DNA from: an uncultured Phycisphaeraceae bacterium
Lineage (GTDB): Bacteria; Planctomycetota; Phycisphaerae; Phycisphaerales; Phycisphaeraceae
Length of the DNA: 64,000 nt
Assembly (NCBI GenBank): GCA_964511575.1
Contig: CAZEFM010000005.1
Span: 6,232 to 70,231 of the forward strand
Reading direction: 5' to 3'
Shown: positions 43,079 to 52,675 of the stretch, piece after piece
Layout: each line of letters opens with the position of its first letter
How positions within the stretch are numbered: position 1 is the stretch's first letter
Notes under the pieces: model-generated
Database searches by the model: none
What the model was told of the DNA's origin: nothing
The model's input: only the letters and a program-made list of their open reading frames with translations
Program-made: the position numbers and the translations under genes

Positions 43079-44317
43079 ATGAAGTACGTCATCATTATTC
43101 CTGACGGAGCGGCGGATTTTCCGCTGGATGAACTCGACGGCAAAACGCCTTTCGAAGCGGCGCACAAGCCGCACACCGATCGCCTGAGCATGGAAGGTCG
43201 GCAGGGCACGGTCGCCACAACGCCCAAGGGTTTTCCCTGCGGTTCGGATGTGTGCAGCATGAGCCTGCTGGGGTATGACCCGGCGAAATACCATCGCGGA
43301 CGTGCGCCGTTGGAGGCGGCGGCGCTGGGCATCGAACTGGACAAGCACGACTGGATCTTCCGCGTCAACCTTGTCACCGTGATCGACGGCCTGATGCAGG
43401 ACCACTCGGCGGGCCACATCTCGAGCGATGAGGGCAAACGCCTGCTGGCGGATCTCGCGCCGCGGCTGGATATCGCCGACATGGTGCTCTACCCGGGCGT
43501 GAGCTACCGCAACATCATGGTGGATATCTCCAACCGCGATGGACGCGTTGGCCGGGACTGGTCAGAACTGGCGACGACTCCGCCGCACGACATTCCCGGC
43601 GAGCCGATTCGCAAGCACCTGCCGGTGGGCGGGGAACACGCGTCGCTGCTGCATCAGATGATCGCCGAGAGCGAGGTGATGCTCGCGGACCACGAGATCA
43701 ATCAGACACGTCGGGAACTGGGCGAGCTTCCCGCCACGCATGTGTGGCCCTGGGGGCAGGGGAAGGTGCCGGTGATGCCGAGTTTTGAAAGCCGGTTTGG
43801 CCTGCGTGGGGCGATGATTACCGCGGTGGACCTTCTGGCGGGCATCGCGCATTTCATCGGGTGGGATCGGCTGAACGTGCCGGGGCAGACGAGCTATCAC
43901 GACACGGATTACGCTGCGGCCGGGTCGCACGCGATTGCCGCACTGGACGAATACGATTTGGTGTGCGTACACGTGGAAGCGCCGGATGAGGCTGCTCACG
44001 CCGCCGATGCACGCACCAAGGTCGATGCGATCGAGGCGATCGATGAGCACATCGTCGGCCCGATTCACGCGGCGTTGGAAGCGCGGGTGGCGGCCAAGAA
44101 GGACGATGGCTATCGCATCCTCTATATGCCCGATCACTACACCTGCGTAAGCGATCGTAAGCACAACCCGACGCCAGTGCCGTTTGTGGTGTGTGGTACG
44201 CGCATCGGCAGCGTACTCAAGCGGCCGTTCAATGAAAAGAACGCCAACGATTCAGATCTGCACGTGGCCTATGGACATGAGTTGATGGAGTACTTCCTCC
44301 GCAGCGCGCTGGCGTGA
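43079..44317 (+). CDS. apgM: cofactor-independent phosphoglycerate mutase, ApgM type
   Basis: 'MKYVIIIPDGAADFPLDELDGKTPFEAAHKPHTDRL', 'GSDVCSMSLLGYDP', 'VHVEAPDEAAHA' and 'DHYTCVSDRKHNPTPVPF'. Confidence 0.85.
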   Translation: MKYVIIIPDGAADFPLDELDGKTPFEAAHKPHTDRLSMEGRQGTVATTPKGFPCGSDVCSMSLLGYDPAKYHRGRAPLEAAALGIELDKHDWIFRVNLVTVIDGLMQDHSAGHISSDEGKRLLADLAPRLDIADMVLYPGVSYRNIMVDISNRDGRVGRDWSELATTPPHDIPGEPIRKHLPVGGEHASLLHQMIAESEVMLADHEINQTRRELGELPATHVWPWGQGKVPVMPSFESRFGLRGAMITAVDLLAGIAHFIGWDRLNVPGQTSYHDTDYAAAGSHAIAALDEYDLVCVHVEAPDEAAHAADARTKVDAIEAIDEHIVGPIHAALEARVAAKKDDGYRILYMPDHYTCVSDRKHNPTPVPFVVCGTRIGSVLKRPFNEKNANDSDLHVAYGHELMEYFLRSALA

Positions 44318-44421
44318 GAACACGCGGCATTTCGATGCGTTCGCACCCGTCGCCATCGTGATCCCGAATCGTTGCTGATGACTGCGATTCTGGATGGTGC
44401 ATTCATGCCGCTCGTCGCTTG

Positions 44422-45225
44422 TCAGCGGCGCTCTCTCTGGGCGCGGATGAATGCCTGCCACGCATCATCAACCGATTGACCGAGCAGTTCCTCGATGACG
44501 GCTTCGTTGCAGCGCTGGGTTCGCAAACGGGCGTTGAGCTTCCTGACGAACTCGCTGTCCTGCGTTTCGACCAGCCAGGCGAAGAACGCGGCTGTGGTGC
44601 GGTAGCTGTCGCGATAGCTCGAACGTTGCGGATGGATGCGCGGCCGCGGTGCGTTCGGTTCAAACTGGTAAAAGCGAATGTAATCGGCCACACCCTCGAC
44701 CATCCAACTCGGCTGGCGACGGCGGTACTGCTGAATCACGTGCGTCATTTCGTGAATCACCATGCCGAAGTCATCCGGGTGATCGGTGATCCACTTGGCG
44801 CTGATGGTGACGGTGTTGCCCGAGGCGAAGGCGATGCCCTCCATCTCACTTTTGAAAACGAGCTTCATGGTCGTCGGCGGAGTGAAATTATCGCTCGCGA
44901 GGTAGTGGGCCACCTTGGGATACCACGTTTCGCACAGCTTGACGGCTTTCTCCGCCCAATCGCTGACATGAGGGGCATCGCTTACATCCAGTTCAATCGT
45001 CACCGCAATGGCGGGAACGACTGCTTCGGGGATCGGCGTTGGCGCATCCGCGTCGGTTGCTTCCTGTTCCGGCGCGGATGCACCTGCCTGATCCGCCGCT
45101 GCACCGTCCGACTCCGCCACCGCTGCATCGCCTGACGTGGTCGGTGTTTCGGTCGTCTGTTCCGCGCGAGCCAGAAACACCGCGCCCCCAAGTATGATGA
45201 ACAGTATGGCGGGCCATCGTGTCAT
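44422..45225 (-). CDS. secreted basic-secretory-protein-like metallopeptidase (PF04450-type)
   Basis: Signal peptide, then 'ISAKWITDHPDDFGMVIHEMTHVIQQY' (HExxH) and 'WMVEGVADYIRF'. An AGGAG Shine-Dalgarno is present. Confidence 0.7.
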   Translation of the reverse strand: MTRWPAILFIILGGAVFLARAEQTTETPTTSGDAAVAESDGAAADQAGASAPEQEATDADAPTPIPEAVVPAIAVTIELDVSDAPHVSDWAEKAVKLCETWYPKVAHYLASDNFTPPTTMKLVFKSEMEGIAFASGNTVTISAKWITDHPDDFGMVIHEMTHVIQQYRRRQPSWMVEGVADYIRFYQFEPNAPRPRIHPQRSSYRDSYRTTAAFFAWLVETQDSEFVRKLNARLRTQRCNEAVIEELLGQSVDDAWQAFIRAQRERR

Positions 45226-45267
45226 GTCAGCACTCCTGCACCTTGAGAATACGATCGCGGTGCGAGA

Positions 45268-46101
45268 TCAGGGGAATTCGGACAAATGCTCGGGCCAGGC
45301 ACCGTAGTACGCGTCGCGACCCCAACCCAATTCGATCAGCGCACGCTGATTGTTGGCGACGCTTGGTCGCGGGACGGACCAGTTCCACGCGGATGGCGTG
45401 ATGCCATCGAACGTTTCGTAGGTGGCGCTGAGGTCGGTTGCGAGATAGTTGCTCACGCTTCCCGCGTGCCAGTTGCCGTTGCGGTCAAGGTTGCCGAACG
45501 AGGGCGCCATGGTTCCCGGACGGTTGAGGTGAAACGCCGGGTCTTCCTCGAACACCAGCGGGCCGCGTGTGCGTCGTTCCATGTTGGTGTTGGCAAAGAG
45601 CAGGGCGAAGGTTGGCAACGATTCGCGCACCGCGCCACTGAAGAGTTCGATCGAAGCGTAATCATATTTGGTGTTGCTGCCGATACCGCTGCCGGGCACG
45701 CCGTCCTGAAGCGAAGGGCATCGGAAGAGACTGGTGACCGAGGCTCGGGCGATATATCCACCGGCGACAAGCGAACCATCGTAGGTGGGCTCGTAGTACC
45801 CGGGAATGCGTGCCTCGCGTCCCAGCCATGGCCGTGCCGACGCGGGTTCCACCATGCTCCAGGGCGGCGGGCCTGCGGCGGGCATCCGGTCCTCGTTGTC
45901 ATTGGCAAAAAGGTGGAACGACTGGCCCATGCTGCGCATCTGCACGCGGCAGGTCAGGACCCGGCTCGTTTCACGAGCGCTGGACAGGGCCGGCAGCAGC
46001 AGCGCGATCAGCAGCGCGATGATTGAGATGACGACAAGCAACTCGATCAGCGTGAAGCCATGCGAACGATCACGGCGGAAGCGAAGAGGTGTGTTACGCA
46101 T
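45268..46101 (-). CDS. DUF1559 protein with prepilin-type N-terminal cleavage/methylation domain
   Basis: '[31 protein letters not shown]' is the class III signal / pseudopilin N-terminus typical of planctomycetal DUF1559 proteins. Confidence 0.85.
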   Translation of the reverse strand: MRNTPLRFRRDRSHGFTLIELLVVISIIALLIALLLPALSSARETSRVLTCRVQMRSMGQSFHLFANDNEDRMPAAGPPPWSMVEPASARPWLGREARIPGYYEPTYDGSLVAGGYIARASVTSLFRCPSLQDGVPGSGIGSNTKYDYASIELFSGAVRESLPTFALLFANTNMERRTRGPLVFEEDPAFHLNRPGTMAPSFGNLDRNGNWHAGSVSNYLATDLSATYETFDGITPSAWNWSVPRPSVANNQRALIELGWGRDAYYGAWPEHLSEFP

Positions 46102-46151
46102 CGGTCGGCTCCTGGACAGGTCTTGCTCGATGGAAAGGATGCGAGAAGGAA

Positions 46152-46175
46152 GTCGCCCGCGGTCAGGCGGGCGAC
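46152..46175 (-). terminator. possible intrinsic terminator after the PEP-CTERM gene
   Basis: 9-bp stem: GTCGCCCGC (46152-46160) pairs with GCGGGCGAC (46167-46175). On the minus strand it is followed by CTTCCTTCTCGC, which is only moderately U-rich. Confidence 0.35.
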
Positions 46176-46192
46176 CCCCGGAGGATGTTTGA

Positions 46193-47008
46193 TCACCGTC
46201 GACGCCGCAGCAAAATGACCCCCGCCACTCCCATGAACGTCAGCGATGCCGGTTCCGGTACAAGGGTGCCTTCCACATTCGCGGCGATGACGGCATAGCC
46301 TGCGATTAAGTTCGAACGATTGCTGAAGGTGATTTCGGTTAACGTTTGGCCCGCAAAACTGCTCAGGTCGACGATTTGTTCGGTGAGCAACAACGTTTCC
46401 GCGGGGTTGGCCATGTCGACGCTTCCCACACCGGGGAATGCGCCGATGTTGGGCTGGCCGTTAAAAGGACCGAACCAGTCCGGGCCGGTGAGGCGTGCGG
46501 TATGGCTCGCTCCGCCCTGGAAGGTGAAGGTGACGTCGAAATCGCCTCCGCCGTTACTGATTTGAAAGAGAATGCCCGCGGAGGAATTTCCATCGAGTCG
46601 GATGGGCGTGCTGAGCACGGTGGTTTGCGGTCCTGTCTGATCGACGTTGGGCAGCCAATCGGGCTTGGTCCCCCGGTTATCGCCGTTGGCCTCATCATCG
46701 AAGAAGTGGTTGCCGTTGTCCACGGTGTCACGGTTGCCCAGGTGGACAATGTCCAGAACGAACGGGTCCTGCACCACCTTGTACTTGTTGAGAACCGGGT
46801 GGTTGGGGATGCCGAAGGCGAAGTTCAGTCCGCGGTCGGAAATACTTCGGTAACCGTTGGGGGCATCGGGCTGCGTCAGCTCACCAATATGCGCGATGCC
46901 GTTGAAGTTGTAGTTCAGGTCAATCTGAATCGTGGCGGCCTGAGTGGTGGTGGCGATGGACAACGCGCCGAAGGCACAGGCGAAAGACATGGTGAACAAG
47001 CGGCTCAT
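46193..47008 (-). CDS. PEP-CTERM sorting-domain secreted protein
   Basis: Signal peptide ('[16 protein letters not shown]') and the C-terminal '[22 protein letters not shown]' (PEP-CTERM). ATG 47008 follows an AAGGAGAG Shine-Dalgarno. Confidence 0.8.
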   Translation of the reverse strand: MSRLFTMSFACAFGALSIATTTQAATIQIDLNYNFNGIAHIGELTQPDAPNGYRSISDRGLNFAFGIPNHPVLNKYKVVQDPFVLDIVHLGNRDTVDNGNHFFDDEANGDNRGTKPDWLPNVDQTGPQTTVLSTPIRLDGNSSAGILFQISNGGGDFDVTFTFQGGASHTARLTGPDWFGPFNGQPNIGAFPGVGSVDMANPAETLLLTEQIVDLSSFAGQTLTEITFSNRSNLIAGYAVIAANVEGTLVPEPASLTFMGVAGVILLRRRR

Positions 47009-47149
47009 CGGACTCTCCTTGTTGAAATGCGATTGACCGGATGGGCCTCCCCAAAGGAAACGCATCAGTCGGAGGCGGAGAAAAATGACCCTTTAAAACG
47101 ACGACATCGGATAGGTCGACCAACGCAATGCGCCCGGCGGGGCGACGGG

Positions 47150-48244
47150 TTAATGTCGCCGCCGCACGAGCAGCAGGGCACCAGCGCCAAGCAGCACCAG
47201 TGAGGCAGGCTCGGGAATCGGCACCCATTCGACGATGAAGGCGTTGCGCGGATTGGTTCCGCTCAGGTCCGCCCAAAGTCCTTGCGTGGTGAGCACCAGA
47301 TAGTGCTCTTCACCGACATTGTTCGGTTCGCCTTCCTGCCAGGCGGTGAAGCCCACATCCACGCCGTCCTTCCAGAAGACGGTTCCGTCGAGCCAGCGCC
47401 ACTCGCCTTCAACAGCTTCATCGGTGCCGCCGATCCATGCATCCTGCGCGCCGAAGCCGCCTTCCTCGTTGAGCAGATTGGTCATGATGAAGTTGAGCAG
47501 TTCGGCACTGGTGATCTGCGCCAGATCGCCCTGCTGGTAGCCGCTGGGCGCGACCATCGACTGTGCCAGCGCTCGCGCTTCGCTCCACGTGACGCCCGGA
47601 TTCACATAGATGGCTTCGTAGCGTCGACCGTTGAACTCGAGGCCGAAATCAGCCAGCGGGATGTCGTATTCGAGGATGTACTCGCCGCGTGTGGTGCCGG
47701 CGTTGCTGTCGTTCCAGTGGCGTGCGTTGCTGTGGTTGGGGCCGCGCAGGTCGCCGTAGTGTTCCGAGTCGTTGAAGTTGTTGGGTTCGCCGGTCCACCA
47801 CTTGGTGAACTTGCCGTCGACGGGGCTGCCGTCGACGCCGCCGGACCAGAACGAGTCGGGTGTGCCGCCGTTGGTCGAATCACCCAGCCAGACCCAGTCG
47901 CCCTCGCCCGAGCTGCCGTAGAGGGGGTCATCGGTTGCGCCGATCCATGCGGTGCCGCCACCGTTGATGACCTGAAACATGATCTCGGTGGCTGCCATGT
48001 TCTCGGCTTCGGAGCGAATGGTCGCCAGATGCCCCTGAATGCCCGGCTTGTAGGAGTAGTTGAACACATCCAGATACGCATCCTGGAACAACTGACCAGC
48101 CGGCGTACGGATCAATTGATAGGTGTGATACGTCTGTGTGCTGGCGTCGTAATAGACGGTCTTCACACCCGCCTGCGCCAGGCCGACCGAGCCAAGCACC
48201 ATCGAAACCGCGATACCCCGCATCAAGGACTTTGGTGCGAACAT
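47150..48244 (-). CDS. tandem C-type-lectin-like domain protein with PEP-CTERM anchor
   Basis: Two CTLD-like units are present: 'WIGATDD...GDWVWLGD...WWTGEPNN...HWNDSN' and 'WIGGTDEAVEGEWRWLDGT...WQEGEPNNVGEEHYLVL...WADLSG'. The C-terminus is 'PIPEPASLVLLGAGALLLVRRRH'. Confidence 0.8.
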   Translation of the reverse strand: MFAPKSLMRGIAVSMVLGSVGLAQAGVKTVYYDASTQTYHTYQLIRTPAGQLFQDAYLDVFNYSYKPGIQGHLATIRSEAENMAATEIMFQVINGGGTAWIGATDDPLYGSSGEGDWVWLGDSTNGGTPDSFWSGGVDGSPVDGKFTKWWTGEPNNFNDSEHYGDLRGPNHSNARHWNDSNAGTTRGEYILEYDIPLADFGLEFNGRRYEAIYVNPGVTWSEARALAQSMVAPSGYQQGDLAQITSAELLNFIMTNLLNEEGGFGAQDAWIGGTDEAVEGEWRWLDGTVFWKDGVDVGFTAWQEGEPNNVGEEHYLVLTTQGLWADLSGTNPRNAFIVEWVPIPEPASLVLLGAGALLLVRRRH

Positions 48245-48286
48245 GCAAATCCTCCTTCAAAAGGACGTGAAGTGCGCAAGGCCGTC

Positions 48287-50167
48287 TTACTGCGGCATCC
48301 CCGCGCGATACATCGATTCAATCTCGTCGGCGTCCAACGCGCGACGGAATATCGCAAGCTCATCCATCTGTCCCACGAATCCCTCACGGGCACGCTGGGA
48401 CTCCACCATCAGATAAGGGTCGCTGCCGATGAGCAGATCGCCCCCGCAAGGGGTGAGAACTGACGGGGTGATGGTTTCGTGAATCAGTTGGCCATCGAGG
48501 TAGAAGCGTGCCGTGTTGCCATCCACCGTGACGACTGCCAGATGCCAGCCATACTCCAGCGGCTCGGTCTTCGGGGAGTAGACGAACTTGCCCGGCACAT
48601 CGTCGGACGACTCCCAGCCCGTGCCGAACTGAAGGCGTGGTCCGTGCAGGTGACCGTCGGCGAACACGGAGAACTGATAGTTCATCTCCTTCAGGGGGCT
48701 GTCGCGTTTGCTCACGACCGTGCCGCCACCACCATCGTGCGTGCTGCGGAACCATGTGGCGATGGTCATCGCACCATCGATGTCGAGCAGCGGATCGTGT
48801 GGCACGACGATGCCGGACACTCGAAACTCCGACTCCCGTGACAGGCTCACACCGCCTTTTCGCGACCAGCGTCCGGTGCGGCGCGTCGGTGCGTAAAGAT
48901 CGATGCGCGAATCACCCATTTGCCCGTTGAGTCGACCGTACGTTGCCCGCGCCTGATTGATGACCAGCGGACCATTGCGCCGGCTGTCGTCGAAGGGGTA
49001 GTACAGCACCAGGTCGGGATCGCGACGCAGGTTCATGCTGTAGACGAGCCACTGATGGTAGCGCGACCCCTGCCTTGCCAACTCACGGGCATCGAGTTCC
49101 TGACGAAGGGACAGATGATCCACCGCGACGGGACGCACTTCGTCGTCGAGCTTGCCGTGGGCGCTGACCTGTCCCGCCCAGCCGGCCGCCAGTTCCACAA
49201 AGCGTGATGGCGTGTTGGGCGTCTGGCCCCGGGGGCGTTCGTACAACTGCACCTTGCCGGTCAGCACTTCGGTCGTGCTGGCACCCGCATCGGTGACATG
49301 GACGTTGAACTCCGTGCCGAAGTCGATCACCTCCGCGGTGGGCGTTTCCACCGTGAAGTAACGAGCGGAGGCGGGGACATCGGCGGTGAGTCGGCCTTCC
49401 AGCAGTTCCAGCCGATTGGCGCCGGTGACTTCAAACCGCGCCGGGGCCGCAACCACCACGTTGGCTGAGCTTGCCATCTGCAACTCGACCAGACCATGGG
49501 TCAGGTGGTACAGCCGACCTTCCTGTAGTTCCGCGCCGGAAGTCAGCGGTGTTTCGCCATCGCTCCAGCGTGCATCGAAGATGCGCGTGATGCGGGCGGG
49601 GATCGCGTCGTCAGTCGCGGCGACGTTCTCGATGGTCGGAACGGGCTGACGCGTCATCCACATCACGCCGATGAGTGCGGTGAGCAGAAGTACCGCAGCA
49701 ACGCGCATGAGTTTGCGTACCGTCAGGCCGCCGCTGTTTCCCGTGGTGCGGTACACCTGAAACCCACCGACGTTGACCAGCATCTGTGGCCGATCATCGT
49801 GTGGCGCGACAACGGGCGGTGGGGGCGCCTGGGCAGCCACCTTTCGGGCCGCCAGTGCATCGGGCGGAAGCTCGACGAGTTGATCCGCGGGTGCGGAACG
49901 GTCGATCTCCACCAGTGTTTGCCAGAGTTCCTGTGTCGGCTCCGTGTCCGACTGGCTTTCGAGCTGATCGAGGCCGGTGATCTCCAGATATCGCTGCAGC
50001 TCACTCATGTGCATTGAGCGCACGAGGTTGCCGTGCAGCACGGAGCGGCGGGCAAAAAGGCGTGGATGCGCGGGCGAGGCCATCAGCCACGCCTCCAGCT
50101 CGATCACCCCCTGCTCGGTGATGTCGCCGTCGAAATAGGCATCCATGAGTGCGTAGGGTGGTTTCAT
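48287..50167 (-). CDS. anti-sigma factor, FecR-like with C-terminal LamG (Laminin_G_3) domain
   Basis: The N-terminal 'MDAYFDGDITEQGVIELEAWL' is anti-sigma-like. It has one TM helix and a FecR-like middle region. The C-terminus 'FYLDGQLIHE...FVGQMDELAIFRRALDADEIESMY' is typical of LamG. The ATGA overlap links it to the sigma gene. Confidence 0.75.
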   Translation of the reverse strand: MKPPYALMDAYFDGDITEQGVIELEAWLMASPAHPRLFARRSVLHGNLVRSMHMSELQRYLEITGLDQLESQSDTEPTQELWQTLVEIDRSAPADQLVELPPDALAARKVAAQAPPPPVVAPHDDRPQMLVNVGGFQVYRTTGNSGGLTVRKLMRVAAVLLLTALIGVMWMTRQPVPTIENVAATDDAIPARITRIFDARWSDGETPLTSGAELQEGRLYHLTHGLVELQMASSANVVVAAPARFEVTGANRLELLEGRLTADVPASARYFTVETPTAEVIDFGTEFNVHVTDAGASTTEVLTGKVQLYERPRGQTPNTPSRFVELAAGWAGQVSAHGKLDDEVRPVAVDHLSLRQELDARELARQGSRYHQWLVYSMNLRRDPDLVLYYPFDDSRRNGPLVINQARATYGRLNGQMGDSRIDLYAPTRRTGRWSRKGGVSLSRESEFRVSGIVVPHDPLLDIDGAMTIATWFRSTHDGGGGTVVSKRDSPLKEMNYQFSVFADGHLHGPRLQFGTGWESSDDVPGKFVYSPKTEPLEYGWHLAVVTVDGNTARFYLDGQLIHETITPSVLTPCGGDLLIGSDPYLMVESQRAREGFVGQMDELAIFRRALDADEIESMYRAGMPQ

Positions 50168-50700
50168 TGACCACCTCCCTGCGCGACGCGACGCTCAACA
50201 CATTCGGCAAGCTGTTGGCGGATGCGGTGGAGCAGCACACGCACGTTGACCGCGGTCAGGCCGAGCGTTTCGCTGATCTGGGCCGGCGACATGGAGCGGC
50301 GGTACCGCATGTCCACCAGGGCCGACGCCTTGGTGCCGATGTGCCCCATGCACTGCTGCAGCGCCTCGAAGCGAACATCCGTGTCCGGCGCGATCTCGCT
50401 GTGTGCCTCGGCGATGGCGTCCATCACCTGCTCGCTGAAGACGTGTCGATCACGGTGGCGGTCGTGGTAATACCGCAGCACGTGGTTGCGGGCGATGCCC
50501 ATGACCCATGCGGTGAACGACCGCGAGGTGTCAAAATCGTCGAAACGTTCCGCCGCCGCCTGACCCACCGACTGGAACACATCCTCGGCATCGTGGTAGT
50601 GGTGAATCTGGGCGTGCACGAACGCGAACACCGTGTTCTGCGCCTTCATCCACTCGGCGGTGAAACGCTTGGTTCGCTGTAGTTCACGCACATCCGGCAT
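50164..50700 (-). CDS. ECF-type RNA polymerase sigma factor (planctomycetal sigma-70 subgroup)
   Basis: Region 2 ('DAEDVFQSVGQAAAERFDDF...FTAWVMGIARNHVLRY') and region 4 ('MSPAQISETLGLTAVNVRVLLHRIRQQL'). Confidence 0.85.
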   Translation of the reverse strand: MPDVRELQRTKRFTAEWMKAQNTVFAFVHAQIHHYHDAEDVFQSVGQAAAERFDDFDTSRSFTAWVMGIARNHVLRYYHDRHRDRHVFSEQVMDAIAEAHSEIAPDTDVRFEALQQCMGHIGTKASALVDMRYRRSMSPAQISETLGLTAVNVRVLLHRIRQQLAECVERRVAQGGGQ

Positions 50701-50999
50701 GGCGATGTCCCGGTAAAGTGATCCCCACGTATGAAATTCACGAAAGACGCGTGAGCGTTACAGAAAAATGACGCAACAGACCGGAAAGTTGCCCTGAATC
50801 CAAACGTCGGCGGGTGCGTGATCGCCGCGCAAATATCAAAAGCAAAATGAGTTGCGATCCATTCTACCCGTGGCGATGGCGCAGCGGTATCCTTTTTTTG
50901 AAACGTCTCGCAACGCGCGCAGGGTACGCGCAGGAACAACCGGGACGGCAGCGTGTGCTTCGCCCGCTTGTCGTGTGGAGCATGGATTGTCGCGTTGGA

Positions 51000-52367
51000 T
51001 CAGCCGGCCGCGTCAGGCGACGATGCCTCGCCACCGCCGCCGCGCTTGCGGCGTCGTCGACCGCCGCGTCGTCGTCGGCGGCGCTTGGGCTGGTCGTCGG
51101 CGGATGCTTCGACGTTGGCACCGCCATCGGTTGCGGCATCACCGTTGTCGGGGACGTTATCCGCGGTTTCGTCGGTGGCGTCGCTCAGATGCTTGTTGGT
51201 GTAACCGCCCCCGTTGCGTTTGGCGTCGACAGGCTTGGATTCGGCGGCGACATCATCCGGCAGTCGCGCCGATGGTGTGCCGTCCGCCGACTCGACCTGA
51301 TCTTCGGCGAGTGGTCGGCCGGGGTGGGGCCGTCGGGGGCCACGATCGCGTTCGCGCTTGGCGCCGTCGCGTTCGCCTCCGCCGTTTGTCTTGCCGCCAC
51401 GCGGTCCGCCCACCGGGTTGCCCTGCTTGTCGAGGATGATGATGTCCTCGAGCGGGTAGGCGGCCGGCTTGCGGTCGGCCGCATCGAAGCGCACCAGGAC
51501 CAACTGGGTGAGAATCTGCGAGTCGATCACCACGCCGTCGCCATCGGCGGTGCGCACGCGGGTTTGCTTGTGCGGCAGTTTCTTGCGCAGCGACTCGTAA
51601 GTCGCATCCTCATAACGCAGGCAGCACATGAGCCGTCCGCACCGCCCGGAAATCTTCGTCGGGTCGAGCGTCGCCTTCTGCACCTTGGCAGACCGCATCG
51701 AAACGGGCTTGAGCACCTTGAGGAACTGCTTGCAGCAGCAGTGCTGGCCGCACCGTTCGTAATCCGCCACCAGCCGCGCCTCGTCCCGAGCGTTGACCTG
51801 GTGCATCTCGATGCGGGTCTGATACTCCTTGGCGAGTAGCCGCACCAGTTCGCGGAAATCGACCCACTGCTCCGCGGTGTAGTGGAAGATGATGCGTTCG
51901 CCGCCGAGCAGTTGCTCGACGTCCACGATCTTCATGGGCAGGTTGAGTTCACCCGCCAGATTCCGGGCGTACTTAAGCATCTGCGGCTTGCGGTCGTCCA
52001 GCCGCGATTGCTCGTTGAGGTCCTCGATGGTGGCGACGCGCAGAACCCGCCCCTGCTCGGAAAAGGGGTAATCCTTCCCGCCGGAGTTCTCGATGTACTG
52101 CAGCATCTCCTTCCGGCTGACGCTTTTGCCGCAACCGCTGTTGGAGCAGGTGGTCGTGAGCATCTCGCCCACTTCGGTGCCGCGTGGCGTCCGGATGACC
52201 AGCTTCGACCCACACCCGGGCTTGGCCGAGCCGTCGTAGGGCAACTCGGCGATCAGCTTCATGTAGCCGTAGCGGACGACGATCGACTTGGGCGGTTCGA
52301 GCTTTTCGTAAATCTTGCGGTCCTCTTCCTCGAGCATGACGGGAAGAGGCATGATGGATCCGGGCAT
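51000..52367 (-). CDS. PSP1-domain protein (RicT/YaaT-like) with long charged C-terminal tail
   Basis: The PSP1 core carries 'ERIIFHYTAEQWVDFRELVRLLAKEYQTRIEMHQVNARDEA', 'GQHCCCKQFL' and 'GRCGRLMCCLRYE'. The C-terminal roughly 140 aa are low complexity, ending 'KRRRRRRGGRRRRKRGGGG...'. Confidence 0.85.
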   Translation of the reverse strand: MPGSIMPLPVMLEEEDRKIYEKLEPPKSIVVRYGYMKLIAELPYDGSAKPGCGSKLVIRTPRGTEVGEMLTTTCSNSGCGKSVSRKEMLQYIENSGGKDYPFSEQGRVLRVATIEDLNEQSRLDDRKPQMLKYARNLAGELNLPMKIVDVEQLLGGERIIFHYTAEQWVDFRELVRLLAKEYQTRIEMHQVNARDEARLVADYERCGQHCCCKQFLKVLKPVSMRSAKVQKATLDPTKISGRCGRLMCCLRYEDATYESLRKKLPHKQTRVRTADGDGVVIDSQILTQLVLVRFDAADRKPAAYPLEDIIILDKQGNPVGGPRGGKTNGGGERDGAKRERDRGPRRPHPGRPLAEDQVESADGTPSARLPDDVAAESKPVDAKRNGGGYTNKHLSDATDETADNVPDNGDAATDGGANVEASADDQPKRRRRRRGGRRRRKRGGGGEASSPDAAG

Positions 52368-52675
52368 GAAACAACTCCGTGGGACGGCAGGTGCGCAATC
52401 TGCGTTGCGCTCGCAAAGTGTAGCGCATCAAACCCTTGGGCGTGGCTTTCACGCCTTTCGATTTGTGCGGGGGCCACTTTGCGCGCGTTGCGCCGGCCGT
52501 GATGTCGCGGGCATTCTGGTTTTTCAGCATCCCATCAGCCGCCCGCAAGCCGACAGGGTCCAGACACGGAGATCATTCAACGGGACATCGCGATGCGAAC
52601 CATGGCGATGCCCAGCGGTTCATATCGTCGCCGCTTCGCAGATAAAAGGCAAGCGGAATGGATCGGCGAGCGGCG

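Noticed and set aside
50701-50999. Possible ECF promoter (GTAAC-N14-CGT on the minus strand, about 50740-50765) and a T-run (50894-50900) in the spacer between the ECF sigma gene and the PSP1 gene.
   Set aside because: The spacer length is off consensus. The T-run has no convincing preceding hairpin on either strand.
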